From assembly GCA_947566705.1 (NCBI GenBank), contig CANOLA010000008.1, positions 634 to 64,633 of the forward strand: 64,000 nt of DNA, given 5' to 3'. Each line of letters opens with the position of its first letter. The stretch's first letter is position 1. Source of the DNA: an uncultured Lachnospiraceae bacterium. GTDB lineage: Bacteria > Bacillota > Clostridia > Lachnospirales > Lachnospiraceae. Below the pieces are notes generated by a model, which was given only the letters and a program-made list of their open reading frames with translations, searched no databases and was not told where the DNA came from. The translations under genes were made by a program, and so were the position numbers. Positions 29,163 to 39,340 of the stretch are shown piece by piece.

Positions 29163-29612
29163 TTATTTAAACGCTTTCTCTATGATTTCATTAGCCTTGT
29201 CAGTATCTCCGGACACACAGAGAATCACATATTTCCCTTCCTGCTTTAAAACAGCATCCTCAACCCGCTTTGCCTCTTCTGCTTTGTATGCCTTAAACGA
29301 TGCAGTCTGGTCATCCAGATGCTCCTGCACTTTTTTTAAGGTTTCCCCTGCCGTTTCTGCATCTTTGGAAGTAAAGACAGCAACCTCCTCTGCTGTTGCG
29401 CCGCTTCCCATGTACATGATGGCTTCCGTATTTTCCGGAACCTCAATATACATGGATATGGTGTCTGCATCCACGGATTCCAGTTTATCCTCATACGTAA
29501 TCTCATTTACCAGTGACCCAGCCAGGGCTGCTGCATCAATTTCCTTTGCTGAATTTTGGCACCCTGCCAGAAAAACTGCAATCGCCACTGCTATTCCCCA
29601 AATTTTTTTCAT
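29163..29612 (-). CDS. DUF4358-like lipoprotein
   Basis: Lipobox LAGC; GSGATAEEVAVF; typical position before MBOAT. Confidence 0.7.
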   Translation of the reverse strand: MKKIWGIAVAIAVFLAGCQNSAKEIDAAALAGSLVNEITYEDKLESVDADTISMYIEVPENTEAIMYMGSGATAEEVAVFTSKDAETAGETLKKVQEHLDDQTASFKAYKAEEAKRVEDAVLKQEGKYVILCVSGDTDKANEIIEKAFK

Positions 29613-29708
29613 GTAATACCTTTCCTTCCTCATGTAATGTCCACACACAACTATACTCTCGTACACCATTTCTGTAAAGGTGGTTTTTCATATTTAAAAA
29701 AATCTTAA

Positions 29709-30803
29709 CTAATCTTCACTTCTGGAATACTTTTCACTCTGTGCGCGGATTAACTCACTGTCATCAAAATAGTTGATTCTCATTGCCGCTTTTACTTCTG
29801 AAAGCGTTTTAGCTGCCGTTTCCCTTGCTGTATCGCTTCCTTTTTTCAGAATATCATAAACTGCCGGAATATCCTTTTCAAATTCCGCCCTTCTGGCACG
29901 GATTGGTGCAAGCTCCTCCTGCATAACAGCATTCAGGAATTTTTTAATCTTGACATCGCCCAGACCGCCCCGTTTATAGTGTTCCTTAAGTTCTTCCAAA
30001 TTATGATAATCCGGAAGATATTCCTCAAAATGTGCCGGCCTGCTGAATGCATCCAGATATGTGAAAACACAGTTTCCCTCGATATGCCCCGGATCGGACA
30101 CCTGGATATGCAGCGGGTCTGTGTACATGCTCATAATTTTTTTCTTAACATCCGCTTCGGTATCGGAAAGATATATGCAGTTTCCAAGGGATTTACTCAT
30201 CTTCTGCTTTCCATCCGTCCCCGGCAGACGCATGCAGACTTCATTCTCCGGAAGCAGCGCCTCCGGCTCTACCAGTACTTCATCATATATTGAATTAAAT
30301 TTACGCACGATTTCCCTGGTCTGTTCAATCATCGGAAGCTGGTCTTCCCCTACCGGGACTGTCGTCGCCTTAAATGCGGTAATATCCGCTGCCTGACTGA
30401 TTGGATAAGTGAAAAATCCCACCGGAATACTTGCTTCGAAATTGCGCATCTGGATTTCTGATTTTACAGTCGGATTCCTCTGCAGACGCGATACTGTTAC
30501 CAGGTTTGAATAAAAAAAGGTAAGCTCGGTAAGCTCGGAAATCTGTGACTGGATAAACAGATTCGCCTGGCTCGGATCCAGTCCGCAGGACAGATAATCC
30601 AGCGCTACTTCTATGATATTCTGCCTTACTTTTTCCGGATTTTCAAAATTATCCGTCAGTGCCTGCGCATCTGCTATCATAATAAAAATCCTGTCATATT
30701 CCCCGGAATTCTGAAGTTCCACTCTTCTCCGCAGGGAGCCGACATAATGGCCCACATGCAGTCTGCCTGTCGGGCGGTCCCCCGTTAATATAATTTTTGA
30801 CAT
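29709..30803 (-). CDS. trpS: tryptophan--tRNA ligase
   Basis: [25 protein letters not shown]. Confidence 0.97.
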   Translation of the reverse strand: MSKIILTGDRPTGRLHVGHYVGSLRRRVELQNSGEYDRIFIMIADAQALTDNFENPEKVRQNIIEVALDYLSCGLDPSQANLFIQSQISELTELTFFYSNLVTVSRLQRNPTVKSEIQMRNFEASIPVGFFTYPISQAADITAFKATTVPVGEDQLPMIEQTREIVRKFNSIYDEVLVEPEALLPENEVCMRLPGTDGKQKMSKSLGNCIYLSDTEADVKKKIMSMYTDPLHIQVSDPGHIEGNCVFTYLDAFSRPAHFEEYLPDYHNLEELKEHYKRGGLGDVKIKKFLNAVMQEELAPIRARRAEFEKDIPAVYDILKKGSDTARETAAKTLSEVKAAMRINYFDDSELIRAQSEKYSRSED

Positions 30804-30885
30804 TTCCATCCTCCTGCTTTACCATTTACTGTCAGTTCAACTTTAGCAAATGAATTCTTCTGTGTCAACACAGTATCTGGCTTTC

Positions 30886-31302
30886 TTATCTCCTGCGGCT
30901 GCTGTCACGCCTTCTGTTATTATTTTCCCGTCTGTCCCATCCTTCACGATGCCCGCTGTTATCCATTCTGTTTTGGTTATCCTGTCTGGAGTGTCCCTCC
31001 TGCCTGGTATGGCTGTCCTGTCTGGAGCGCCCTTCCTGTCGGGAATTTCTGCTGCTGTGGCGGCGTTCATTTCCCTCCTGCCTGCGCGGCTCCTCAGATA
31101 CCTGCCGTTCTTTCTTCCGTCCGATATATACGTTCCATTTCATGTATGCTTCCTGGGCATTTTTTGACCTGTAAATGACTTCCCGCTCTTCTCCGGCAAC
31201 CTCACTGATGCTGTACCAGCCCCTGTCATATTCAAACTCAGCCGTTTTACCCTCAAGCTCTTTGTTTCCCAGTATAAATTTATGTATTGCCTGCTGTGCC
31301 AT
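30886..31302 (-). CDS. hypothetical protein with low-complexity repeat tail
   Basis: RBS GGAGG before MAQQAIHK; SRQEGR/SRQDSH/TRQEGH/SRQDNQ 18-bp repeats. Confidence 0.65.
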   Translation of the reverse strand: MAQQAIHKFILGNKELEGKTAEFEYDRGWYSISEVAGEEREVIYRSKNAQEAYMKWNVYIGRKKERQVSEEPRRQEGNERRHSSRNSRQEGRSRQDSHTRQEGHSRQDNQNRMDNSGHREGWDRRENNNRRRDSSRRR

Positions 31303-31588
31303 TCCCATCCTCCTGTAATACATATTCTGCAGCCTTTTTCAGATTTTCGTCTTTTAAAGTTTCCTCATTATTAAGAAGCTCCTGCGCCTCTTCCCTGGTA
31401 AATAATTCCCGCAGCTTTACCTGATGGTTGTCCACCGGGATATAGGACACCTTTGATTTGTCAAACACGCTGCTGAGCACATAATAAGGCACACCTGTCT
31501 CTCCCCTGCTGGCAGAAAGCGAAACAATGTTGTCCACCCTGCATACTCCCTGTGTTTCACTGTAAATAATCTGCTTTTTCTCAAACAT
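31280..31588 (-). CDS. short CarD/TRCF-RID domain protein
   Basis: MFEKKQIIYSETQGVCRVDNI...YYVL...SYIPVDN..VKLR. Confidence 0.75.
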   Translation of the reverse strand: MFEKKQIIYSETQGVCRVDNIVSLSASRGETGVPYYVLSSVFDKSKVSYIPVDNHQVKLRELFTREEAQELLNNEETLKDENLKKAAEYVLQEDGNGTAGNT

Positions 31589-31778
31589 ATACTTCTTTAC
31601 CTCTGACATGATACATATAACGTCCAAGGGACATTACAGACATCATATCACATATCACTGCTTTTTTCAAAAGTCATTTTCTGGACCTGTATTTTTTTCT
31701 TTTTCTGGATATATACATATGGTCAGATGTGATTATACTAAATGGTAAACAGACATATGTGATAAAGGAGAACATAAC

Positions 31779-32387
31779 ATGGCAAAAATTCTTTATATAT
31801 ATAACGACCAGGTCTACGCAAATATTACAAACAAATGCGACTGCGCCTGCACTTTCTGCATCCGTTCCCAGATGGACGGCGTTGGAAATGCTGACACACT
31901 CTGGCATGAAAAAGAACCGGAACTGGAGGAAATTTATGCTGCAATTGACAGATTTGATTTTTCCGGCTACAGGGAATTTGTTTTCTGCGGCTACGGCGAG
32001 CCGACCTGCGCACTGGAAAACCTGCTTGCCAGCGCACGTTATATAAAAGAAAAAACAAATCTTCCCATCCGTTTAAATACCAACGGACTTGGCTGTCTTT
32101 ACCACAAAAGGAATATCATTCCCGAACTTGCAGAAGTGATTGACAGTATTTCCATCAGCCTGAACGCACCGGACGCCGGGGAGTACCAGAAAGTAACCCG
32201 CCCGGCGTTTGAAAATGCCTATGAGGCAATGCTTGATTTTGCAGAGGAGTGCCAAAAAGTGATTGCACACACACAGCTTTCCGTTGTGGACGTCCTGCCG
32301 GAAGCAGACATTGAAGCCTGCCGGAGGATTGCCCAAAGCCGCGGGGTTCCCCTGAAAGTCCGTGCATTTGAGCACAGTGATAATTAA
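31779..32387 (+). CDS. TatD-associated radical SAM protein (TIGR04100-like)
   Basis: YANITNKCDCACTFC (CxxxCxxC), VFCGYGEPT, RLNTNG, SISLNA. Confidence 0.85.
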   Translation: MAKILYIYNDQVYANITNKCDCACTFCIRSQMDGVGNADTLWHEKEPELEEIYAAIDRFDFSGYREFVFCGYGEPTCALENLLASARYIKEKTNLPIRLNTNGLGCLYHKRNIIPELAEVIDSISISLNAPDAGEYQKVTRPAFENAYEAMLDFAEECQKVIAHTQLSVVDVLPEADIEACRRIAQSRGVPLKVRAFEHSDN

Positions 32388-33316
32388 TCCTTAAAAAGAT
32401 CTGTAGAATAATATCTGTCCCCGCTGTCAGGAAGAAGTGCAACTATGGTTTTCCCTTCATTTTCCGCCCTTCCTGCCAGCTCCACTGCTGCATACAGTGC
32501 TGCACCGGAGGAAATTCCCACCAGCACCCCTTCCTCTTTTGCGATAAGCTTTCCGTATTCAAAAGAATGCTCATTGGAAACAGGAATAATCTCATCATAG
32601 ATTTTCGTGTTCAGAGTGTTTGGAACAAATCCCGCGCCGATTCCCTGAATCTTATGCGCACCCGCCTTTCCGGTGGAAAGCACCGCAGATGATTCCGGCT
32701 CGACTGCCACAATTTTCACACTGGCTTTTTTACTCTTTAAAAATTCCCCGACTCCGCTGATGGTTCCCCCGGTTCCGACGCCTGCAACAAATACATCCAC
32801 TTCCCCGTCGGTATCCTCCCAGATTTCCGGTCCTGTTGTTTTTTTGTGTGCCGCCGGATTTGCCGGGTTTTCAAACTGCTCCGGTATAAAACTGTCTTTG
32901 ATTTCCCGATGCAGTTCCTCTGCCTTTTCGATGGCTCCCTTCATTCCTTTGCTTCCGTCAGAAAGCACAAGCTCCGCTCCGTACGCCTTTATAATATTAC
33001 GGCGCTCCACGCTCATGGTTTCCGGAAGCACAATAATCAGTCGGTAACCCTTGGCGGCCGCTATTGCGGCAAGCCCGATTCCGGTATTGCCGGATGTCGG
33101 TTCAATAATGACTGAACCCGGCTTTAATTTTCCATCCGCCTCTGCCTGCTCAATCATTTCTTTTGCTATCCGGTCCTTAACGGAGCCTGCCGGATTAAAA
33201 TACTCCAGTTTTGCCAGAAGTCTTGCCTTAAGCCCCAGGCGCTTTTCAATGTTTTTTAACTCCACAAGCGGCGTGTGCCCGATTAATCCCAGTGTTCCTT
33301 CATAAACATTTGCCAT
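32384..33316 (-). CDS. cysK: cysteine synthase A
   Basis: KLEYFNPAGSVKDR, EPTSGNTG, GVGTGGT, HKIQGIG. Confidence 0.97.
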   Translation of the reverse strand: MANVYEGTLGLIGHTPLVELKNIEKRLGLKARLLAKLEYFNPAGSVKDRIAKEMIEQAEADGKLKPGSVIIEPTSGNTGIGLAAIAAAKGYRLIIVLPETMSVERRNIIKAYGAELVLSDGSKGMKGAIEKAEELHREIKDSFIPEQFENPANPAAHKKTTGPEIWEDTDGEVDVFVAGVGTGGTISGVGEFLKSKKASVKIVAVEPESSAVLSTGKAGAHKIQGIGAGFVPNTLNTKIYDEIIPVSNEHSFEYGKLIAKEEGVLVGISSGAALYAAVELAGRAENEGKTIVALLPDSGDRYYSTDLFKD

Positions 33317-33380
33317 TTCTTTTTCCTCCTTATTTTTATGCCAGTCCGTAAAAAACTGACATGCTTTTTAATGTCCTATT

Positions 33381-33446
33381 TTCATACTGTTATAGTAGGA
33401 ATTATTTGTTACTAATGAATATACACCAGCTTTTTCCCCATGTCAA
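33381..33446 (-). promoter_or_regulatory. cysK promoter with putative Rrf2/CymR-type operator
   Basis: TTGACA-17-TATATT (33418-33446); imperfect palindrome TTCATACT-N5-AGTAGGAA (33381-33401) just downstream. Confidence 0.55.
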
Positions 33447-33553
33447 TAAAAATAATAACAAAATGTCTCTTTTTTGTACAATATTACCACAGAACGGTTG
33501 CTTTCTATGCCATTATTTGTTATTATATTTTTAAGTGCAGAGGTAATAATATT

Positions 33554-35491
33554 ATGGTTAAAAATATAAGTTTTGATATAGCAGCACTTCTTTTGCTGCT
33601 TCTGATTTTACTGTCCTGTATAATACGCAAAATGACAAACGGCATTCCAAACCGTCTGTTTCTTATTTTGGTGTCTTTTGCGCTTTCATCAACCGCATTT
33701 GATATCTGGGCGGTATCCCTTGACAATGCAGGCAGTACGAATCTGCCGGCACTTTATGCTGCACACACCGGATATCTACTGACACACAGTCTTGTTACGT
33801 CTGTATATCTGCTTTTTGAAATTGCCCTGACCGACACATGGCACAGGCTTGGCAAAAGTTTTCTTCTGCAGTTTCTGCTGTGGGCACCATGCATTGCTGT
33901 GACCGCCCTTCTGGTAACGAATCCGTTTACCGGATGGATTTTTACGGTTGAAAACGGCTACACACGCGGTCCGGGTTTTTCTGTTCTCTATATTACAACT
34001 ATTATTCACTCTGTTTATTTTGTTGCATATTTATCCCGATACCATAAGCTGTTCTCTCGTTTCAAACTACTTACCATAAGTTCCTATCTTCCAATCGGCA
34101 TTACCGCGATGGTAATCCAGATGCTTCAGCCGTCGCTGCTGGTGGAAATGTTTGCAGGAGCACTAAGTATTCTCTTAATCAGCATCGGAGTCCAGCGGCC
34201 GGAAGATGTTGTTGACTCGGCAACGCTTCTGATGAAACACAGCGCGTATGCCTCCGATATGAAACGTACATTTTACAACCATAAACATGTTACCATTGTG
34301 ATGCTGAATATCGGAAATTATGCATCCATACATTCCATGATGGGATATGATTTTGCCATCCAGGTACTCGAAGTGGTTGCTTCCAGAATACGAGAAGTAA
34401 ATAAGCATACCGGCGGAAAAGCGGATTTATACTATCTGGACACCGGAAGGTTCCGTATGGTTTTTAACAGGAAATATTACGAAAATGCTGCGGATGCTGC
34501 ACATCTGCTTATGGATGTATTAAAAAGCTCTGATTTCAGCGGACTGGATATTGATTTGATGCCGTATATCGTACTCGCACGCTGTCCGGAAGATATCGGA
34601 AATTTTGATTCCCTGATGCGCCTTGGAGCAGATTTTCATATCAGAAACCAGTTCAGCGGAACGGTTATGACTGCCGACGAGGCATTCAGCAAGAACACAC
34701 TGGAAATTCAGAACCATATTGACGAGATTATTAACCGGGGATTTCAGAATCATAGTTTCCAGGTATATTACCAGCCAATTTATTCCATCGAGCATGACGC
34801 ATTTGTATCCGCGGAAGCGCTGCTGCGGCTGTTCGATGAAAAACACGGTTTTATTTCACCGGAAATCCTGATTCCTGCCGCAGAAAAAAGCGGGGCAATC
34901 CATAAAATCGGCGCATTCGTTTTTGAAGAAGTCTGCCGCTTTATTTCCAGTGATAATTTCAAACTGCTGAATCTAAAATATATTGAAGTAAATCTGTCCG
35001 TTGCGCAGTGCATGCACCGGGACCTTGCTGATAATATCTTAACAACGATGCACCAGTACCATGTGCCAAGCGACAAGATCAATCTGGAAATTACGGAGAC
35101 TGCCGCCGCCAATACACAAAAGATTATGACAGAAAACCTGAATAAGTTAAATGCGGCAGGCATCAGCTTTTCGCTGGATGATTATGGTACCGGATATTCC
35201 AATATGAAACGTGTCATCCAGCTTCCGCTTAAAATCATCAAGCTGGACAAGTCCTTTGTAGACGAGCAGCACAACCCGAAGATGTGGATATTCCTTCAGA
35301 ATACAGTAAAAATGATTAAGGACATGGAAATGGAAATCGTGGTGGAGGGAATTGAAACTGAAGAAATGTTACGTGCATTCACTGATTTAAAATGCGATTT
35401 TATCCAGGGGTACTTCTTTTCCAAACCAATACCGGAAGCGGATTTTGTAAAATTCATTTCCAATGCGCAGCTTAAAAGCCAGCAGTCATAA
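33554..35491 (+). CDS. membrane-bound c-di-GMP phosphodiesterase (multi-TM, degenerate GGDEF, EAL)
   Basis: YYQPI, AEALLR, EVNLS, EITE, DDYGTGYS, KLDKS, VEGIE, QGYFF; GGDEF site reads LDTGRF. Confidence 0.9.
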   Translation: MVKNISFDIAALLLLLLILLSCIIRKMTNGIPNRLFLILVSFALSSTAFDIWAVSLDNAGSTNLPALYAAHTGYLLTHSLVTSVYLLFEIALTDTWHRLGKSFLLQFLLWAPCIAVTALLVTNPFTGWIFTVENGYTRGPGFSVLYITTIIHSVYFVAYLSRYHKLFSRFKLLTISSYLPIGITAMVIQMLQPSLLVEMFAGALSILLISIGVQRPEDVVDSATLLMKHSAYASDMKRTFYNHKHVTIVMLNIGNYASIHSMMGYDFAIQVLEVVASRIREVNKHTGGKADLYYLDTGRFRMVFNRKYYENAADAAHLLMDVLKSSDFSGLDIDLMPYIVLARCPEDIGNFDSLMRLGADFHIRNQFSGTVMTADEAFSKNTLEIQNHIDEIINRGFQNHSFQVYYQPIYSIEHDAFVSAEALLRLFDEKHGFISPEILIPAAEKSGAIHKIGAFVFEEVCRFISSDNFKLLNLKYIEVNLSVAQCMHRDLADNILTTMHQYHVPSDKINLEITETAAANTQKIMTENLNKLNAAGISFSLDDYGTGYSNMKRVIQLPLKIIKLDKSFVDEQHNPKMWIFLQNTVKMIKDMEMEIVVEGIETEEMLRAFTDLKCDFIQGYFFSKPIPEADFVKFISNAQLKSQQS

Positions 35492-35494
35492 GAT

Positions 35495-35522
35495 CGGCTG
35501 TCCCTACTGGGACAGCCGTTTT
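35495..35522. terminator. terminator between convergent genes
   Basis: Perfect CGGCTGTCCC-TACT-GGGACAGCCG hairpin plus TTTT. Confidence 0.7.
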
Positions 35523-36970
35523 GCAAGCTCCTGCAGACTTTCCGTTTTCTCATTCAGGTGTTCAATTGTATTTTCATTTTCAATGCATTCCCCATATGTA
35601 GCGTTGGTATGGGAGGCCACCTGCTGGGAAATTGCAGAAATGGTCTGGATGCTGTCAGAAATTACACGGTTTGCCTCTGCAAGCTCATCCACGACCACTG
35701 TCAGGCTCCCGGAATGCTGTTCGATGCTTTCCGTATTTGCAGAAATCTGTTCAAAGCTTTGCGCCGTATCTCCCACAACTGCATTCTGTACTTTCACCTG
35801 TTCAATCATGTTTTCAATGATGTTTACCACTCTGCCCAGCTCATCCGACACATCCCTTATCATTTTCTCAATACTAACCGTTGCTTCCTTGGTCTGGGAG
35901 GCAAGTCCGGATATTTCTGATGCAACAACCGCAAACCCGCGTCCCGCCTCCCCTGCGCGTGCTGCTTCAATGGAGGCATTCAGCGAAAGCATGTTGGTCT
36001 GGGATGTAATATTGTTAATCATCTCCAGAATGGTAAACATCTGTTCCATGGACTCTTTCAGATGCTTCATCTCTGCAGCCACCTCAACATTGGTCCGCTC
36101 TGTCTGGTCCACCTGCTCCACCAGGCGTCCCAGGTTCTCATTTCCGGTATGTATTGCCGAACGCGCTTCTGTCATATTGTCTGCAATCCTGTCCGCGGCG
36201 TCCTTTACGCTTTCAATTTTTCCTGCAATGGCATTCGTCTGCTCAAGCTGCTTTTGTACGGCTTCCGCCGTATCCGTAGCTCCTCCGGTCAGCTCCTCCA
36301 TCGCCCCTTTTGTATTCTGGATAGACCTGCTTAACTCCTGCATTTCACTGGAAACCACATCCATAGTCTCTGCTATTTTTGCGGAAATCTGTATATTTTT
36401 TCCCAGCAGTTCATCTGAACGTTCTTTTTCATTTGCAATCCGGTCTGTTTCCATCTTGTCCATCTGGGAAGAAACCCGTGCCGTATAGTAGGAAATCACT
36501 CCGATTACTGCAAGCAGCGCAAACTGAATCTCTGATGCAGCAATCTCTTCCGCCGTAAATCCGTCTTTTCCATAATAGAAAATAATATAAATAATATTTA
36601 CCAGAACAACCGCGATGCCGATTTCCAACGCATAACGCCTGTCATTATAAATGGTAATGGCAATCAGCATGGGAATTACATATACATAGGTCTGCGGGTT
36701 ATCTGTTGTAAAAAGTATCACAACATAAAATACCGCATATCCGATGGAGATTAAGTGTTTGACTGCCGGATGCGCCTTGTTGGAGCTGTAACACATCTGC
36801 TCCAGTATCACAGGAATATATCCCAGCGCCACAAGTATGATCCAGTATGGCAGCGATTTGGCACCCTTAACCACCTCCAGCAGATATGCCGCCACCAGCA
36901 GTGTTGACACCATAATATGGCAGTTAATCGCTGTCCGGTTTGCCCTTGCCAGGCGTTCATTTACTTCCAT
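35504..36970 (-). CDS. methyl-accepting chemotaxis protein
   Basis: QTNMLSLNASIEAARAGEAGRGFAVVASEI; about 6 N-terminal TMs. Confidence 0.95.
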   Translation of the reverse strand: MEVNERLARANRTAINCHIMVSTLLVAAYLLEVVKGAKSLPYWIILVALGYIPVILEQMCYSSNKAHPAVKHLISIGYAVFYVVILFTTDNPQTYVYVIPMLIAITIYNDRRYALEIGIAVVLVNIIYIIFYYGKDGFTAEEIAASEIQFALLAVIGVISYYTARVSSQMDKMETDRIANEKERSDELLGKNIQISAKIAETMDVVSSEMQELSRSIQNTKGAMEELTGGATDTAEAVQKQLEQTNAIAGKIESVKDAADRIADNMTEARSAIHTGNENLGRLVEQVDQTERTNVEVAAEMKHLKESMEQMFTILEMINNITSQTNMLSLNASIEAARAGEAGRGFAVVASEISGLASQTKEATVSIEKMIRDVSDELGRVVNIIENMIEQVKVQNAVVGDTAQSFEQISANTESIEQHSGSLTVVVDELAEANRVISDSIQTISAISQQVASHTNATYGECIENENTIEHLNEKTESLQELAKRLSQ

Positions 36971-37105
36971 TTTATTTTTTCCTCCGTTTCACAGACTTTC
37001 CTTATTTTATTTAAAGGCATTCCAGAGTTTTTGTCAATAGATATTGACATTACATCTGTTTTAGGTAAAAATCTGTATAAAAGCATTTTGAAAGGAAGAG
37101 CACGA

Positions 37106-37663
37106 ATGAAAAAAATTTTAGTATTAACCGATACCCAGAATGACTTTATCACCGGCGTTCTTGGGAACCAGGAATGTCAGGCAGCCGTTCCTGTCATCAC
37201 AGGAATCATTTCAGACGGTGATTATGATATGGTTTTTGCCACAAGGGATACCCACGGTTCCGGTTATCTGGATACCCAGGAAGGCAGAAAGCTTCCGGTC
37301 ATTCATACCGTGGAAGGCACGAATGGCTGGGAAATCCACACTGATATCATGACATCTCTTTCCGAAAAGTTCGGAGAGAAATTAAATGAAAAACTTATCA
37401 TCGTAAACAAAGGCCAGTTTGGCAGTATCGCACTTGCCGAGCAGATTGCAGACTTCCTCGGAAAATTTCCCGGAGAAGAAACAGAAATTCATTTTACCGG
37501 ATTCTGTACCGGCATCTGTGTTATCAGTAATGTAATGATTGTAAAAGCAAAACTGCCGGAAGCAAAGGTCTGCGTCATTGAAAAGGCCTGCGCCTGCGTA
37601 ACGCCTGAAACACATAAAACAGCAATTGAAGCCATGAAAACCTGCCAGGTGGATATACTATAG
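37106..37663 (+). CDS. pncA: nicotinamidase / isochorismatase family cysteine hydrolase
   Basis: DTQNDF, DTH, NKGQFG, GFCTGICV; directly upstream of pncB. Confidence 0.8.
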   Translation: MKKILVLTDTQNDFITGVLGNQECQAAVPVITGIISDGDYDMVFATRDTHGSGYLDTQEGRKLPVIHTVEGTNGWEIHTDIMTSLSEKFGEKLNEKLIIVNKGQFGSIALAEQIADFLGKFPGEETEIHFTGFCTGICVISNVMIVKAKLPEAKVCVIEKACACVTPETHKTAIEAMKTCQVDIL

Positions 37664-37677
37664 CGGAGGAAAATACT

Positions 37678-38883
37678 ATGAAACTAAACCAGATTATAAA
37701 AAGCCTGCTGGAGCAGGATATGTACAAATTCAGCATGGGACAGGCTATTTACCACCAGTTCAGCGATTACAAAACCACCTGGACGTTTCACTGCCGCAAC
37801 AAAGACGTCCGTTTTACCCGCGAAATGGTGGAAGAAATACGAAGCCAGATCCGGGCATACTGCAGCCTGAGGTTTACAGAAGACGAGCTTGCCTATCTGA
37901 ACCATATCACATGGATAAAAGGATCCTATGTTGATTTTCTGCGGCTGTGGCAGCCCAGATTTGAGGATTTTGAAATCACAGACGCGGGTGACTGCGGTCT
38001 GTCTGTTGAGACAAAGGGAACATGGCTCAACACTTCCATGTATGAGATTCCGGTTTTAGCCATTATAAACGAAGTATACTTCCGGATGGCATATGACTAC
38101 AACAGTCTTTTTGAAAGCTTCCGTAAACGTCTGGATGCAAAAACACTTGCGCTCCAGCAGGAATTACAGCTTGGTGCATTCAGTGAGTTTGGAATGAGAA
38201 GGCGGCTGTCTGCCGAGGCACAGTCCCTTGCCGTACAGACATTAAGTGAAAAGGCAGATTCTTATATGAATTCGAAATTTGTAGGAACCTCCAATGTATA
38301 CCTGGCAAAGAAATTTTCCCTGACGCCGGTCGGAACGATGGCACATGAATGGATTATGTGTGTCGGTCAGGGCAACCACAAACATAATCCGGCATACTCA
38401 AACTGGTATGCATTAAACGCATGGGTACGTGAATATGGTATTTTAAACGGCACGGCACTGACAGATACTATAACAACCGACTGCTTTTTAAAAGACTTCC
38501 AGCTTACCTTTGCCACCCTTTTTTCAGGGGTACGCCATGACAGCGGCGACCCGTTTGCATGGGGCGACCAGATGATTGCCCACTACAGGGAACTTGGCAT
38601 TGACCCGTCTGCAAAAACCCTGCTGTTTTCTGACAGCCTTGATTTTAAACGGGCAAATGATCTTTACTCCTATTTTAAGGATAAGGCAAAGGTTGCTTTT
38701 GGCATTGGCACTTATATTGCCAATGACACGGATGCCCCGGCTTTAAATATTGTAATGAAAACAACGGCATGTAACGGAATGGATGTTGCAAAGATTTCTG
38801 ATATTTCCGGAAAGGGTATGTGCAAAAATGCCGATTATACGGAATATCTGCAAAGATGCATTGACTGGAGAATGAAACATTAA
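37678..38883 (+). CDS. pncB: nicotinate phosphoribosyltransferase
   Basis: DMYKFSM, EFGMRRR, GTSNV, GTMAHE, RHDSGDP, FSDSL, FGIGT. Confidence 0.95.
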   Translation: MKLNQIIKSLLEQDMYKFSMGQAIYHQFSDYKTTWTFHCRNKDVRFTREMVEEIRSQIRAYCSLRFTEDELAYLNHITWIKGSYVDFLRLWQPRFEDFEITDAGDCGLSVETKGTWLNTSMYEIPVLAIINEVYFRMAYDYNSLFESFRKRLDAKTLALQQELQLGAFSEFGMRRRLSAEAQSLAVQTLSEKADSYMNSKFVGTSNVYLAKKFSLTPVGTMAHEWIMCVGQGNHKHNPAYSNWYALNAWVREYGILNGTALTDTITTDCFLKDFQLTFATLFSGVRHDSGDPFAWGDQMIAHYRELGIDPSAKTLLFSDSLDFKRANDLYSYFKDKAKVAFGIGTYIANDTDAPALNIVMKTTACNGMDVAKISDISGKGMCKNADYTEYLQRCIDWRMKH

Positions 38884-38896
38884 AACCAGGCATTGA

Positions 38897-38932
38897 CGGG
38901 GTGGCATTACATGAATACCACCCCGCATTTTT
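38897..38932. terminator. terminator after pncB
   Basis: CGGGGTGG...CCACCCCG stem followed by CATTTTT. Confidence 0.65.
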
Positions 38933-39296
38933 ATGAAAGTCCGATTTCTTTTACTGCGCTGCCGAGTTTCTTGAACTGGGGCAGCATTGTTTTTAATGCG
39001 GCAGCAAGCGTGCCGTCTGCGCCCTGCTGCAGTGCGTTAGCAAATTCAGTAATTGCTGCATTAAACGCTTCTTTCTCTATGCGCATCTTATCCTTGTTCA
39101 GCAGATCCATTGTACTGTTTAATACCTGGACTTCCCAGTTGACTGCATCGGTAATGCTTTTTACCAGCTTGTCTGTGTCTTCTTTGCGGTTTCCGCTTAA
39201 TTCCTCAATGGCAATTTCCATATTGTCAACCAGACGGGAATTGAATCCTGATAAAACTTCAAGCGCCTCTTTTTGTTCATTTAAATTTTCTGCCAT
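38931..39296 (-). CDS. helical hypothetical protein at the end of the glycan locus
   Basis: RBS GGGGAGG; 121-aa all-alpha-looking ORF. Confidence 0.7.
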   Translation of the reverse strand: MAENLNEQKEALEVLSGFNSRLVDNMEIAIEELSGNRKEDTDKLVKSITDAVNWEVQVLNSTMDLLNKDKMRIEKEAFNAAITEFANALQQGADGTLAAALKTMLPQFKKLGSAVKEIGLS

Positions 39297-39340
39297 AGTG
39301 TCCTCCCTGACCTTTATTTATATGTTTAAAAGCAATATCC

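Noticed and set aside
35463-36488. 341-aa plus-strand ORF
   Set aside because: Antisense shadow of the MCP gene; typical of MCP codon patterns
37032-37049. Perfect palindrome TGTCAATA-GA-TATTGACA upstream of pncA as an NrtR/NiaR operator
   Set aside because: Fully explained by back-to-back TTGACA -35 boxes of the divergent MCP and pncA promoters
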